From: Actinomycetota bacterium
GTDB lineage: Bacteria; Actinomycetota; Acidimicrobiia; Acidimicrobiales; Acidimicrobilacustridaceae
NCBI GenBank assembly: GCA_009705225.1
Contig: WLCQ01000001.1
Coordinates: forward strand, 1 to 61,203
Length of the DNA stretch: 61,203 nt
Reading direction: 5' to 3'
A program made the translations under genes and the position numbers. The notes beneath the pieces are model-generated. The model was given only the letters and a program-made list of their open reading frames with translations. It had not been told where the DNA came from and did no database searches. Positions within the stretch are counted from its first letter, which is position 1. Every line of letters begins with the position of its first letter. Positions 1 through 10,821 of this stretch are shown here, piece by piece.

Positions 1-196
<196 letters not shown>

Positions 197-473
197 ATTT
201 CAGTCGCAGCCCTAAGGCGTTGACTTCGATCATTGTTAGAGAGCCGAGACAGAGGGGCTCACCTCTGTGAATTCTCAGCTTTGGTGTCATGCGGGTTAGG
301 CACAACACCGGAATTGCATTGTGAACGATCACGACTCGTACACCTTCCCCACTGGAGACCCGAAGGTCTCACTCAAGACCCAAGGGTCTTGCAAGAACTC
401 AAGAGTTCCCGGTGAGCACAAGAAGGTGCCGGTTGCGGTGATCGCCCGCACTGGCTTTTTCGTCCTCTGTTCT

Positions 474-487
474 GTTTTCAAGGAGCA
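474..487 (-). promoter_or_regulatory. rrn leader boxA antitermination element
   Basis: Minus strand reads TGCTCCTTGAAAAC, matching the boxA form TGCTC(T/C)TTGAAAAC, upstream of 16S. Confidence 0.75.
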
Positions 488-636
488 CATACCCGGACGA
501 ACCGGGCCGAGGAAGCAGGGCGCAAAATGCGCCCGAGCCAGAACTCGGTGCAGGTCCTACCCGATTGCTCGAGCAGTTCCATCTCCGCCACATGTGGGAC
601 TCTCTCAGTGGAGAGCCGCTTCAGGTGCGGATGACC

Positions 637-665
637 ACCCTACAGGGCTTCCCTCAACCGTGCAA
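637..665 (-). promoter_or_regulatory. rRNA operon housekeeping-sigma promoter
   Basis: TTGCAC (665-660), 17-bp spacer, TAGGGT (642-637), pointing toward boxA and 16S. Confidence 0.7.
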
Positions 666-673
666 CTCGGCAT

Positions 674-705
674 TTCCAGGTGACTGGGATTCCAGGCGAC
701 TGGGC
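674..705. repeat. 16-bp tandem direct repeat just upstream of the rrn -35
   Basis: TTCCAGGTGACTGGGA / TTCCAGGCGACTGGGC, 14 of 16 identical. Confidence 0.7.
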
Positions 706-732
706 AGCTGAACTGCGTTGCTCGGGGGGAGC

Positions 733-761
733 CCCGCTCTCCGGTGGAACCGGTGAGCGGG
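733..761 (-). terminator. GC-rich hairpin downstream of tyrS, possible terminator
   Basis: CCCGCTC/GAGCGGG and CCGG/CCGG stems; no U-tract. Confidence 0.35.
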
Positions 762-847
762 TGGAGCAGAGAACCTAGACCACGTGTGAACGCAGCGCAA
801 AATCCATCTTGCTCAACCCTGTGCTCGACGTAGGCTCTGGGCAGCGA

Positions 848-2122
848 TTATCGAGGAAAACGCAGGAGATACCGCTGTTTCTTGCCTCGTCGTACCATCG
901 CCCAACCACTGGCCAGAAGGTCAGCCTCGGCGAGGGCCTGACCTTCAGAGACCGGCGTGTCATTGAGAGAAACGCCCTTTTGGGCGATGAGCCGTCGAGC
1001 CTCTCCCTTCGAACCCACAATCTGGTGCTTCGCAAGAATTTCTGGGAATTCGAGGCCGATATCGCTGGGATCAAGGTTTGACACGGGCAGGCTGGTCGCC
1101 AAGGTCTCCCACTCGGCATCATCGAGCTCGGCAGCAGATCGGGTGAATCCCCGCGACGCACTCTCTGCACGCTTCGCTTCGTCGTCGCCATGAACCACCG
1201 CAGTGACCGATCGAGCCAATTCCTGCTGGGCGAATCGCTTCTCCGGGGCTTCGAGGTGCTGGGCCATGATCCCGGCGATGGCAGGCACCGTCAAAAGGGT
1301 GAGCTGCATCAGGAAACGTTCAACATCGCGGTCGTCGGTGTTCACGAAGTACTGGTAGAAGGCGTAGGGGGTGGTGCGTTCGGCAGAGAGCCAGACGGCG
1401 CCGTCAACGGATTTTCCAAACTTTGACCCATCGGCCTGGGTGACCAGAGGAACGGTGAGCCCGAAGGTGTGCCCGCCCGAGGTGCGTCTGATGAGGTCGA
1501 TGCCGGCGGTGATGTTTCCCCATTGATCGGACCCTCCGACCTGCAACTCGACCGCCATCGTGTCGAACAGATGCTTGAAATCATTGGCTTGGAGCAACAT
1601 GTAGCTGAATTCGGTGAATGAGATCCCGGAGTCGCTCTCGACCCGATTTCGCACCGAATCCTTCGCCAGCATGGTGTTGACCGTGATGTGCTTTCCCACG
1701 TCACGAAGAAAATCGAGCACGCCGATCGGAGCGGTCCACACCCGGTTATCCACGAGCCGAGCCTGCGCCGGGCCGTCGGTGAAGTCGAGGAGTCGTGCCA
1801 GTTGCTCGGTGATCGCGATCAAATTCCGGTCGAGCGTGTCCGCATCGAGCAGGTTCCGCTCGGCGGATCGTCCGCCGGGGTCACCGATCATGCCCGTGGC
1901 CCCGCCCGCTACTGCCACCGGCCGATGACCGAACTGCTGGAAACGACGCAGGAGCAGCAACGGGACGAGATTGCCGACGTGCAGACTGTCAGCGGTCGGG
2001 TCGAACCCGGCGTACACGCCGATCGGCCCCTCTCCAAGTCGTTCACGCAGTCGATCGAGGTCGGTGGAGTCGTGGATCAGACCGCGGGCGGCAAGATCAT
2101 CGATGATGTCGGCATGGCTCAC
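848..2122 (-). CDS. tyrS: Tyrosine--tRNA ligase
   Basis: GFDPTADSLHVGN (HIGH), QVGGSDQWGNI, KFGKS (KMSKS), C-terminal S4-like RRGKK. Start moved to GTG 2122, which follows a GGGGAG SD. Confidence 0.97.
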   Translation of the reverse strand: MSHADIIDDLAARGLIHDSTDLDRLRERLGEGPIGVYAGFDPTADSLHVGNLVPLLLLRRFQQFGHRPVAVAGGATGMIGDPGGRSAERNLLDADTLDRNLIAITEQLARLLDFTDGPAQARLVDNRVWTAPIGVLDFLRDVGKHITVNTMLAKDSVRNRVESDSGISFTEFSYMLLQANDFKHLFDTMAVELQVGGSDQWGNITAGIDLIRRTSGGHTFGLTVPLVTQADGSKFGKSVDGAVWLSAERTTPYAFYQYFVNTDDRDVERFLMQLTLLTVPAIAGIMAQHLEAPEKRFAQQELARSVTAVVHGDDEAKRAESASRGFTRSAAELDDAEWETLATSLPVSNLDPSDIGLEFPEILAKHQIVGSKGEARRLIAQKGVSLNDTPVSEGQALAEADLLASGWAMVRRGKKQRYLLRFPR

Positions 2123-2211
2123 CTGACCACTCTCCCCGATCGGCGGCCCACATTCCAACCCGTTTTGGGTCTGAACTGGCGAATCGGGCCACATCGGGTA
2201 ACAGTGACGGC

Positions 2212-2826
2212 ATGGTTCCGCCTGATCCACAGCCCGAGGATGCGACCGGAGCGCCCGAACTGGTCGAGCCGGCAGCCGTGATCGACTCGGAGATCGACGA
2301 TCTCGAGCCCCTGTCGTTCGGTCGACGTACCGCACGTGTTCTTGCCGTTGGCGTGATGGTCTGTATCGCTGCGCTCTGGGTCTACACGTTGTGGGGCCCG
2401 ACGAAGAAGACCCCGCCCGGCCTACTCGCCGATGCAACCTGGGCGGTGCAGGCGCAGGCGATCTGCACCGACGCCGCCGCTGAACTCGATGTGCTACCGC
2501 CCGCGTACACCGCCGCTGATGCACCGGCCCGAGCCGATGTGATCATGACCGCGAGCGAGAGTCTCCGAACAATGCTCCGGCGTCTCGGAGCAAGTGCACC
2601 GGCAGCAGACGCAAGCAACGACGGCCGGATGATCAACGAATGGCTCACCGATTGGCAGATCTACATGGGCGATCGCGACCGCTACGTCGCCGCCCTCGAA
2701 GCCGACCCCTCCGCTCGGTTCTACGTCACCGAAAAGGTGAAGGGCCAGCAGATCACCAAGCCGATCGACTTCTTTGCCAAGTACAACGACATGCCGAACT
2801 GCGTGACACCCGGGGATCTCGGCTAG
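2212..2826 (+). CDS. Hypothetical single-pass membrane protein
   Basis: Fills the gap between tyrS and NUDIX. Acidic N-terminus, one TM helix (VLAVGVMVCIAALWVYTLW), helical C-domain with two Cys. Confidence 0.8.
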   Translation: MVPPDPQPEDATGAPELVEPAAVIDSEIDDLEPLSFGRRTARVLAVGVMVCIAALWVYTLWGPTKKTPPGLLADATWAVQAQAICTDAAAELDVLPPAYTAADAPARADVIMTASESLRTMLRRLGASAPAADASNDGRMINEWLTDWQIYMGDRDRYVAALEADPSARFYVTEKVKGQQITKPIDFFAKYNDMPNCVTPGDLG

Positions 2827-3440
2827 CCGAGCTCAGCATCCGGCAGCTTCCGAGCGACGGTGAGCCCCCTGCGGATCAGGCGCAACACGCTCTCGTCAAC
2901 CTCGAGCTCAGCAGCCTCATCGGGCGTGAACCACCGCAACGACTCCGACTCGTGGTTGCCCACGGGAAGCGACCCCTGCGGCGCCAGGACCAGAAAGCGA
3001 ATGTCGTGATGCAGATGGGGAGGTTCCGCGGGCGGTCGCACCTCATGGATATCGAGGTCGATCGGATCCGTGAACACTCGTAGGGAGTCGATACCGGTCT
3101 CCTCTGAGGCCTCCCTGAGTGCGGTTGCGGCCATGACGGCCTCGCCATCGGTATGCCCTCCGGGCTGCAGCCACTTCTGGAGCTTGGTGTGGAACAGCAG
3201 CAGGACGCGCCCTGTCCCCTGTTCCACGACCATTGCAGAGCCGGTGAAGTGACCCTCGAGGGAGCTGCGATGCAGCGCATCCGGATGCTGCGCAGCAAAC
3301 GTCAGCATTGCGTCGCGAACCACCGTCTGTTTCAGGTCAAGGTCGTCGAGTTCATGCAGCAGCGAGACGACGGTTTCGAGACGATCGTCAGCTGACAGCG
3401 CCGGGGAATCTGCGCCGACCAACAGCGGTCCGCGAGTCAC
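2823..3440 (-). CDS. NUDIX hydrolase
   Basis: Nudix box GGHTDGEAVMAATALREASEETGI; HFTGSA and WLQPGGH motifs; GTGA overlap with argH. Confidence 0.92.
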   Translation of the reverse strand: MTRGPLLVGADSPALSADDRLETVVSLLHELDDLDLKQTVVRDAMLTFAAQHPDALHRSSLEGHFTGSAMVVEQGTGRVLLLFHTKLQKWLQPGGHTDGEAVMAATALREASEETGIDSLRVFTDPIDLDIHEVRPPAEPPHLHHDIRFLVLAPQGSLPVGNHESESLRWFTPDEAAELEVDESVLRLIRRGLTVARKLPDAELG

Positions 3441-4819
3441 TCCCCTACCCTCAACCGCGCGGCTGCCACCAACTGCTCGAAAGCGGCCAGCTGTGGCGCA
3501 ACGGCAGCGGGACCTGCGCCACCGGGGGTGGTGCGGCGACGAACGGCAATCCCTTGATCAAGCAGGCTGAGCGCGTCGGGTCCCAGCTCGGGTGACGCCG
3601 CCACGAGTTCACGCAGCGCGATGCCTTCATCGAGGCTGCGGCGCACGAGCGCACCCACGATTGCATGGGCGTCTCGGAACGGCACACCGCCGGAAACGAG
3701 ATGTTCAGCGAGATCGGTGGCGGCGCTCGTGGGTGCATCGGCCGCCGCTGCCATCGCATCGAGGTTGAACGTGGACGATGCGAGGAGCCCCGTCATCGCG
3801 GCAAGCGCGAGCGCAATGGTGTCCAGCGAGTCGAAGAGCGGTTCCTTGTCCTCTTGGAGATCCCGGTTGTACGCCAACGGCAAGCCTTTGAGCATGGCGA
3901 GCAGGCCGGTGAGATTGCCGATGAGCCGACCAGTCTTACCCCGTGTGAGCTCAGCGATATCGGGATTCTTCTTCTGCGGCAGCATCGAGGAGCCGGTGGA
4001 ATACGCATCGTCGAGACGGAGGAAGCCGAACTCATCGGTCGACCACAGGATGATCTCCTCGGCCAGCCGGGAGAGATGCACCCCGATGAGTGCGAGGTCG
4101 AACAATGACTCGGCGACGAAGTCGCGGTCGCTCACAGCATCGAGGGAGTTCTCGAACACTCTCGCGAATCCGAGGTCGGCGGCGGTGCCGGCCGGGTCGA
4201 GTGGAAGGGAGGATCCCGCAAGTGCTCCGGCACCGAGCGGGGACACATCGAGACGTTCGATCGTGGAGCCGAGTCGATCGAGATCCCGGGCGAGCGCCCA
4301 ACCGTGGGCCAGAAGATGGTGCGCAAGCAGCACGGGTTGGGCACGCTGAAGATGCGTGTACCCGGGCAGATAGGCATCCCCGGCGGTGCGCGCGCGGTCA
4401 AGCAGAGTCTCCTGAAGCGTGACGATGCGCGTGGCAATGCCGGCAAGCTCGCGCTTGGTGAAGAGTCGGAGGTCTGTTGCTACCTGATCGTTGCGACTCC
4501 GGCCGGTATGAAGTTTCGCTCCGGCCGGCCCTGCCAGTTCGGTGACCCGACGCTCGACCGCAGTGTGGATGTCCTCATCGGAAGCTTCGAACTCGAAGGT
4601 TCCAGCTGCAAGTTCGGACTGCACCGCATCGAGCGCAGCAAGGACGTCGTCGCGCTCGACATCGGTGAGGATGCCCGACCGACACAGACCGCGAACATGC
4701 GCTCGCGAACCGACGATGTCGTCGACGGCGAGGCGCTGATCGAATGGAAGGCTCACGGTGAACGCCATGAGTTCCTCCGCCGGACCACCTTCGAACCGGC
4801 CGTGCCAGAGCGTGCTCAT
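3437..4819 (-). CDS. argH: Argininosuccinate lyase
   Basis: LWHGRF, HTGRSRNDQ, GYTHLQRAQP, STGSSMLPQKKNPD. Confidence 0.98.
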   Translation of the reverse strand: MSTLWHGRFEGGPAEELMAFTVSLPFDQRLAVDDIVGSRAHVRGLCRSGILTDVERDDVLAALDAVQSELAAGTFEFEASDEDIHTAVERRVTELAGPAGAKLHTGRSRNDQVATDLRLFTKRELAGIATRIVTLQETLLDRARTAGDAYLPGYTHLQRAQPVLLAHHLLAHGWALARDLDRLGSTIERLDVSPLGAGALAGSSLPLDPAGTAADLGFARVFENSLDAVSDRDFVAESLFDLALIGVHLSRLAEEIILWSTDEFGFLRLDDAYSTGSSMLPQKKNPDIAELTRGKTGRLIGNLTGLLAMLKGLPLAYNRDLQEDKEPLFDSLDTIALALAAMTGLLASSTFNLDAMAAAADAPTSAATDLAEHLVSGGVPFRDAHAIVGALVRRSLDEGIALRELVAASPELGPDALSLLDQGIAVRRRTTPGGAGPAAVAPQLAAFEQLVAAARLRVGE

Positions 4820-4822
4820 CGC

Positions 4823-6031
4823 CTACTCCCCTGAACCCGGATTGGCTGACTGCTTGGCCGCCCAGGTCTGGATGCCGAGTCCCCAGAGCTTCACAAAGCC
4901 CTCGGAGTCAGCATGCTTGAACGTATCGGCCGCATCGTAGGTTGCGAGGCCGTAGTCGTAGAGGCTGTGCGGGCTGCGCCGGCCGACCACGTAGCACCGG
5001 CCCGGCTCCAGACGGAGCCGCACTTCACCGGTCACGAATTGCTGGGTCGACTCCACGAACGCGTCAAGTGCGTTCTTCAGTGGCGAGTACCACATGCCGT
5101 CGTAGACGAGATCGGCGTAGCGACCCTCGAGGCGTTGCTTCTCGTGCATGACATCGCGCTCGAGAGTGATCGACTCGAGGTCCTGGTGAGCGAGGATGAG
5201 CGCGAGAGCGGCCGGAGCCTCGTAGGTCTCGCGGCTTTTGATGCCGACGCGACGGTTCTCGACCATGTCGAGACGTCCCCACCCATAGGCACCAACGGTG
5301 TCATTGAGTTCGACCACAAGCTCGTGCAGTGGCATGACCCGGCCGTCGACAGAGACGGGCACACCGCGCTCGAAACCGATCGTGATCTCCTTGGCCTCGG
5401 ACGCGCGCACGGTGGTCATACTCCACACACCTTCGGGCGGACGCGCCCACGGGTCTTCCATCTCGCCACATTCGATGGCGCGACCCCAGAGGTTGTCGTC
5501 GATCGAGTAGAGCTTGTCCTTGGTGGCCAGCACGGGGATGTCGTGGGCTTCGGCGTACTCGATGCTCATCTCACGGGTCATTCCCCAGTTGCGCACGGGG
5601 GCGAGGATCTCGAGATCAGGCGCAAGCGCACGGGTTGCCACTTCGAATCGCACCTGATCGTTACCCTTGCCGGTGCACCCATGGGCGACGGCGTCGGCGC
5701 CATGCGCACGCGCCGCGGCGACCAGATGTCGAACGATCGTGGGACGTGACAGCGCCGATACCAGCGGGTACTTCCCCTCGTAAAGGGCATTCGCCTTGAG
5801 CGATGGAACGAGGAAGTCATTGGCGAACTCCTCGCGGCAATCGACAACGATCGCTTCGATGGCCCCAGCGGCGAAGGCCTTCGCCTGGAGTCCCTCCCAG
5901 TCGCCCTCTTGCCCGAGATTGCAGGCCACCGTGACGACCTCGACCCCGTAGTTCTCGATCATCCAGCGGACTGCGACTGAAGTGTCGAGACCACCGCTGT
6001 AAGCAAGTACGACTCGTTGTGCCATGTTCAT
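4823..6031 (-). CDS. argG: Argininosuccinate synthase
   Basis: LAYSGGLDTS, HGCTGKGNDQVRFE, ENRRVGIKSRE. Start could be 6025. Confidence 0.98.
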   Translation of the reverse strand: MNMAQRVVLAYSGGLDTSVAVRWMIENYGVEVVTVACNLGQEGDWEGLQAKAFAAGAIEAIVVDCREEFANDFLVPSLKANALYEGKYPLVSALSRPTIVRHLVAAARAHGADAVAHGCTGKGNDQVRFEVATRALAPDLEILAPVRNWGMTREMSIEYAEAHDIPVLATKDKLYSIDDNLWGRAIECGEMEDPWARPPEGVWSMTTVRASEAKEITIGFERGVPVSVDGRVMPLHELVVELNDTVGAYGWGRLDMVENRRVGIKSRETYEAPAALALILAHQDLESITLERDVMHEKQRLEGRYADLVYDGMWYSPLKNALDAFVESTQQFVTGEVRLRLEPGRCYVVGRRSPHSLYDYGLATYDAADTFKHADSEGFVKLWGLGIQTWAAKQSANPGSGE

Positions 6032-6160
6032 TCCTTCGTTGTTCGATGGGGTTCTGTGGTGAGATTCAGTGGAGCGGTTCTGCGAAGTGTTGGGCGGTAA
6101 AGGCGTAGTGCTTCAGGCGGAGAATCGAATGAGGAGCAACTCGCCCGGGCGATCCGACGG

Positions 6161-6652
6161 TCAGAGTCCTGCGAGTTCGGCGAGTCGGCCGGCGAGGACC
6201 TCGCCACCGACATCGCTGGCCACGACAATGAAGATCGTGTCATCACCAGCGACCGTGCCGAGAACACCGCGAAGCCCCGAGCGATCGAGGGCAGACGCGA
6301 CAACATGGGCTGACCCGGGCGGAGTGCGGATCACGACGATGTTGTCAGAGTGGGTCACCTCGACGACCCAGTCGCCGAACACACGTCGGAGATGATCCTC
6401 GGGGGCCTGCTGCTGTTTGGGCAGCGCGGGGATGGCGTAGGCGGTTTCGCCACCGGGCATACGCACCTTGATGGCACCAAGGTCCTCAAGGTCGCGTGAG
6501 ACCGTTGCTTGGGTGGCAGTTACGCCTTCCGCCGCAAGGAGTTCAACGAGAGCACCCTGGCTCGCGACCGGCTGCGACTCGATGAGCTTGGCGACGAGGT
6601 ACTGCCGTTGGGTCTTCCCCATTTTGGATGGACTTGAGGAGCGTTCGGTCAT
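6161..6652 (-). CDS. argR: Arginine repressor
   Basis: TQATVSRDL wHTH; GTVAGDDT arginine-binding motif. Confidence 0.97.
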   Translation of the reverse strand: MTERSSSPSKMGKTQRQYLVAKLIESQPVASQGALVELLAAEGVTATQATVSRDLEDLGAIKVRMPGGETAYAIPALPKQQQAPEDHLRRVFGDWVVEVTHSDNIVVIRTPPGSAHVVASALDRSGLRGVLGTVAGDDTIFIVVASDVGGEVLAGRLAELAGL

Positions 6653-7548
6653 CGTTGCTCCAGAAGCCAGCGCATGGCACCCCGAGCGGCATGCATGCGG
6701 TTCTCAGCCTGAGGCCAAACCCGACTGCGATCGCTCTCGAGCACATCATGGGTGACCTCCTCGCCCCGGTGTGCTGGGAGGCAATGCAGGAACACCGAGT
6801 CCGGTGCGGTGACCGCCATGAGGTCCTCAGTGACGGTGAAACCGGAGAAAGCCTGAAGACGAAGTGCGGTCTCTGCTTCCTGACCCATTGAGGTCCAGAC
6901 GTCGGTGTACACGGCGTCGGCACCTACACAGGCAGCAACAGGGTCCTGGGTGCAGAGCAGTTCCACACCAGCGGCACGTATCCGGTCGGTGTCGGAATCG
7001 CTCAGTTCGAAACCTTCTGGCGATGCCACGCGCACGGACATTCCGAGCATCCCCGCGGCCAGCGCAAGACTGCGAGCAACGTTGTTGCCATCGCCGACGT
7101 AGGCGATCGTGCGGCCGGCCAACGCGTCCGCCCCACCGAATTCATCGGCCAGCGTGAGTACATCGGCGAGTCCCTGCAGCGGATGGCCCTGATCGGAGAG
7201 CATGTTGACGATCGGCACCGAGGACACTGCTACCGCCCGTTCGAGCATCGAGTGTTGAAAGACACGCGCTCCGATGAGCGCGTGGTAGCAGCACAAGGTG
7301 CGAATGACGTCCTCGACGGTCTCGCGAGTGTCGAGGCCGACCTCGTCGGGACGGATGGTGAGCGGGTGGCCACCGAGTTGCACCACCGCCAACTCCATGG
7401 AGTTTCGCGTCCGGGCTGACGGCTTCTCGAACAGCAGTGCCGCCCCTTTGCCCTCGAGCGGATGCGCGCTGATCGGTTCGCTCGCGAGGGCCAGCACCTC
7501 ACGAAGCTCGATTGCGGTGAGATCATCGATCTCGAGTAGATGTCTCAT
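6649..7548 (-). CDS. argF: Ornithine carbamoyltransferase
   Basis: [36 protein letters not shown]. Confidence 0.97.
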   Translation of the reverse strand: MRHLLEIDDLTAIELREVLALASEPISAHPLEGKGAALLFEKPSARTRNSMELAVVQLGGHPLTIRPDEVGLDTRETVEDVIRTLCCYHALIGARVFQHSMLERAVAVSSVPIVNMLSDQGHPLQGLADVLTLADEFGGADALAGRTIAYVGDGNNVARSLALAAGMLGMSVRVASPEGFELSDSDTDRIRAAGVELLCTQDPVAACVGADAVYTDVWTSMGQEAETALRLQAFSGFTVTEDLMAVTAPDSVFLHCLPAHRGEEVTHDVLESDRSRVWPQAENRMHAARGAMRWLLEQR

Positions 7549-8756
7549 GCGACAACTCCATGGGCAGCAAGGACACTGGCGAGGATCGCCACCGCCTCTT
7601 CGATTTCGGAATCGGTGACGATGAGCGGCGGCGCGAACCGGATAGAGGTTGGTGACACGGCGTTGAGCACCAGACCTGCAGTGAGAGCTTCAGCGACGAC
7701 AGCCTTGGCGTCGATGCCATCAGCGAGTTGCGCGGCGAGCAGTAGTCCGAGACCCCGAACTTCGAGGATGCCATCGACAGCGAGAAGGCTGCGGCGCAGA
7801 TGTGCGCCCGCGTGCTCGGCGAGCTGCGGAGCATTCAAGCGCTCCATGATCGCAAGGGTGGCCCGTGCCGCTGACGCAGCAAGCGGCTGACCTCCATAGG
7901 TGGTGCCGTGGTCTCCAGCGGTGAACGCTGACGCGACGTCGCGACGAGCCCAGCACGCACCAATGGGCATTCCATTACCGAGCGCCTTTGCCATCATCAC
8001 CACATCAGGTTCGACCCCGAAATGCTGGAATCCGAACCACTCGCCGGTACGACCAAGACCGGTCTGGATCTCGTCGACGATGAATAACAAGCCGTGCTCG
8101 TCACAGAGTCGCCGCACGCCCTCGAAGTAGGCGGCAGTTGCGGGATTCACACCGCCCTCCCCCTGGATGGGTTCGAGCATGATGGCGATCACGGAAGGGT
8201 CGATGGCGGCCTCGATGGCATCGAGGTCGTTCCAGACCACATGCCGGAACCCCTCCGGAAGGGGTTGGAAACCCTCCCACTTCGCTGGCTGGCCGGTGGC
8301 AGCGAGTGCACCAAGCGTGCGGCCATGGAATGACCCGTAGGCGCTGATAATGCCATGTCGACCATGGCCACCGAATCTCCGGGCCAACTTGATCGCACAC
8401 TCAACCGCTTCGGCACCGCTGTTGGTGAAGAACACCTGACCACCACCGCCGAGTAGACGGTCAAGAGTGATGGCCACCTCTCCACCCGGGACCGTGCCGA
8501 AAAGGTTCGAGACGTGCACGAGAGTGCGCGCCTGCTCCGCTATCGCGTCGGCGATCTCGGCATTGGCATGGCCCAGACCGGTGACAGCGATTCCCGAGAG
8601 GAAGTCGAGATAGGACCGCCCGGCGCTATCGGTGAGGCGGACTCCGGTGCCGCTGACGAACTGGACGGACGGCACGCCATAGGTCGGCATGAAGGGGCAA
8701 TGGTCAAGCCCTGGCGGAGCGCCCATGGCCTGCGCGTGCTCGGATCTTGTACTCAT
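7545..8756 (-). CDS. argD: Acetylornithine aminotransferase
   Basis: [30 protein letters not shown]. Start at ATG 8756, overlapping the argB stop (ATGA). Confidence 0.96.
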   Translation of the reverse strand: MSTRSEHAQAMGAPPGLDHCPFMPTYGVPSVQFVSGTGVRLTDSAGRSYLDFLSGIAVTGLGHANAEIADAIAEQARTLVHVSNLFGTVPGGEVAITLDRLLGGGGQVFFTNSGAEAVECAIKLARRFGGHGRHGIISAYGSFHGRTLGALAATGQPAKWEGFQPLPEGFRHVVWNDLDAIEAAIDPSVIAIMLEPIQGEGGVNPATAAYFEGVRRLCDEHGLLFIVDEIQTGLGRTGEWFGFQHFGVEPDVVMMAKALGNGMPIGACWARRDVASAFTAGDHGTTYGGQPLAASAARATLAIMERLNAPQLAEHAGAHLRRSLLAVDGILEVRGLGLLLAAQLADGIDAKAVVAEALTAGLVLNAVSPTSIRFAPPLIVTDSEIEEAVAILASVLAAHGVVA

Positions 8757-9661
8757 CGGGTGGCCTCCGCTGCGGTGATCATGGTTCCGACGCCGGCGTC
8801 GGTGAACAGTTCGAGAAGTACCACATGCGGCACCCGGCCATCGAGGAGATGTGCCGCCGAGACGCCGGCTTCGAGCGCTTCGAGACACGCGTCGATCTTG
8901 GGAATCATGCCTCCCGACAAGACGTCGTCGGCGATGAGTTGCGCGATCTCGACGTTGTCGGTTTCGGCGATGAGGCTGCTGGGGTCATTGATGTCGCGGA
9001 GAAGCCCGGCGATATCGGTCAGGTAGATGACTTTCTCAGCATGAAGTGCGCCGGCAAGTGCACCCGCCACAGTGTCGGCGTTGATGTTGTACGCCTGCCC
9101 ATCGAGATCAGCGCCGATGGTAGAGACCACCGGAATGAGGCTCTGGGCCAGCAACGATTCGACGATGGCCGGGTTCACCTTCTTGACATCGCCGACGAAT
9201 CCAAGTTCGGGGTCGCGAGCATCTGCCTCGATGAGACCCGCGTCCTCCCCCGACAGACCGACTGCGAGCGGTCCGTGGGTGTTGATCGACGCGACGATGT
9301 CGCGGTTGACCTTTCCGACAAGGACCATGCGCGCGACGTCGAGAGTTTCGGCATCGGTGACCCTGAGCCCGTCCCTGAACTCAGAGACCTTTCCGAGTCG
9401 GGTGAGCAGGTCACCGATCTGAGGACCGCCACCATGCACGACAACCACCCGAATGCCGACCGCATGCAACAGCACGATGTCGGCAGCGAATGAAGCCGCG
9501 AGTGCATCGTCGGTCATTGCATTGCCGCCGTACTTCACGACGATCGTGCGACCCCAGAAGCGCCGAATGTAGGGAAGCGCCTCGATGAGTACCTCAGCAG
9601 CTGCGTAGGCATCGGTTGTGGGCACATGCGCCACGCTGACGCCTGGTTTGGCTTCGCTCAT
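8753..9661 (-). CDS. argB: Acetylglutamate kinase
   Basis: VVKYGGNAM, VHGGGPQI, YNINADT, GGMIPK. Confidence 0.97.
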   Translation of the reverse strand: MSEAKPGVSVAHVPTTDAYAAAEVLIEALPYIRRFWGRTIVVKYGGNAMTDDALAASFAADIVLLHAVGIRVVVVHGGGPQIGDLLTRLGKVSEFRDGLRVTDAETLDVARMVLVGKVNRDIVASINTHGPLAVGLSGEDAGLIEADARDPELGFVGDVKKVNPAIVESLLAQSLIPVVSTIGADLDGQAYNINADTVAGALAGALHAEKVIYLTDIAGLLRDINDPSSLIAETDNVEIAQLIADDVLSGGMIPKIDACLEALEAGVSAAHLLDGRVPHVVLLELFTDAGVGTMITAAEATR

Positions 9662-10821
9662 GATGTCCCCATGTTCTCGTCGATGTATGCGTGGCTGAGA
9701 TCGTTGGTGAGGATGGTTGCTCTTCCTGATCCCAGGCCGAGGTCGGCAACGATCTCGAGGTGGCGGCCGGCCATGTGCGCGGCGACCGCTGTGTCGTCGT
9801 GGTCAGCGTCGATGGCTCCCTGACACACAGTTACGCCGCCGTAGCTGACGCTGAACGTTGCTGGGTCGAAATCGATCCCGCACGAACCGAGGTCGCTGGC
9901 GATCCGACCCCAATAGGGATCGCAGCCGTACCAGGAGCACTTCACCAAATTGCTGCGGGAGACGTACCGGGCTCCGATGAGGGCCTGCGCATCATCGGCC
10001 GCACCGGTGACCGTGAACCGGACAACCTTCGTGGCTCCTTCGGCATCGCCGCACATCTGCTCGGCCAGACTCCGGCAGGCCGCCGCCACGGAGCTCTCGA
10101 GCACGTGTTGATCAACGGGCCCGGCGAGGCCACTGGCGAACAACAGCACGGTGTCATTGGTCGAGGTACAACCGTCGACGTCAAGAACATTGAACGAATC
10201 AGCGACGCCGGCAACGAGGGCAGCCTTGAGTTGTTCCGGAGTGGCCTCGGCATCAGTGGTGAGCACCGCAAGCATCGTGGCCATGTTCGGCGACAGCATT
10301 GCCGCGCCCTTCGCCATTCCTCCGACGGTGAATCCATCGCCCTCGATCACGACGAGCTTGGCGTGCGTGTCGGTGGTCATGATGGCGGTGGCCGCAGCCT
10401 CCCCACCATCGTGTGAGAGCGCCGCCACGACACCGGGGATTCCAGCCTCAATCGTGGCGATCGGCATCGGAATCCCGATAAGGCCAGTGGAGCACACCAG
10501 CACCTGCTCGGGTTCGATCGAAAGTTCGGCAGCGACGGCCGCACACATAGTGCGAGCGTGGGCAAGCCCGGCATCGCCAGTAGCGGCATTGGCATTGCCG
10601 CTGTTGAGCACCACCGCCACGCTGTGACCACCAGTGGCTTCGAGATGCGCTCTCGTGGTGATGACAGGTGCCGCAGTCATCTTGTTGCGGGTGAACACTC
10701 CGGCGCTCGGAACGGGCCGCCCATCGGCTGTGGCCACAAGCGAAAGATCGGGAGCGCCCGAGGCTTTGATACCGGCGGCGATACCAGCAGCAACGAAACC
10801 CTGCGCAGCGGTGACACTCAT
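9658..10821 (-). CDS. argJ: Bifunctional ornithine acetyltransferase / N-acetylglutamate synthase
   Basis: NSGNANA, KGAAMLSPNMATML (autocleavage site), DGCTSTND. Start at ATG 10821, overlapping the argC stop. Confidence 0.96.
   Translation of the reverse strand: MSVTAAQGFVAAGIAAGIKASGAPDLSLVATADGRPVPSAGVFTRNKMTAAPVITTRAHLEATGGHSVAVVLNSGNANAATGDAGLAHARTMCAAVAAELSIEPEQVLVCSTGLIGIPMPIATIEAGIPGVVAALSHDGGEAAATAIMTTDTHAKLVVIEGDGFTVGGMAKGAAMLSPNMATMLAVLTTDAEATPEQLKAALVAGVADSFNVLDVDGCTSTNDTVLLFASGLAGPVDQHVLESSVAAACRSLAEQMCGDAEGATKVVRFTVTGAADDAQALIGARYVSRSNLVKCSWYGCDPYWGRIASDLGSCGIDFDPATFSVSYGGVTVCQGAIDADHDDTAVAAHMAGRHLEIVADLGLGSGRATILTNDLSHAYIDENMGTS

Noticed and set aside
350-414. Cloverleaf-like fold as a possible tRNA
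   Set aside because: No D-loop GG, no TTCRA T-loop, no 7-nt anticodon loop and no 7-bp acceptor stem.
2123-2524. N-terminal extensions in the ORF track (tyrS, argD, argJ, GT2, coaBC, pyrC, efp, pepQ, aroE, 55617-56813)
   Set aside because: They overlap neighbouring genes; downstream starts have SD, -10 or stop-start coupling support.
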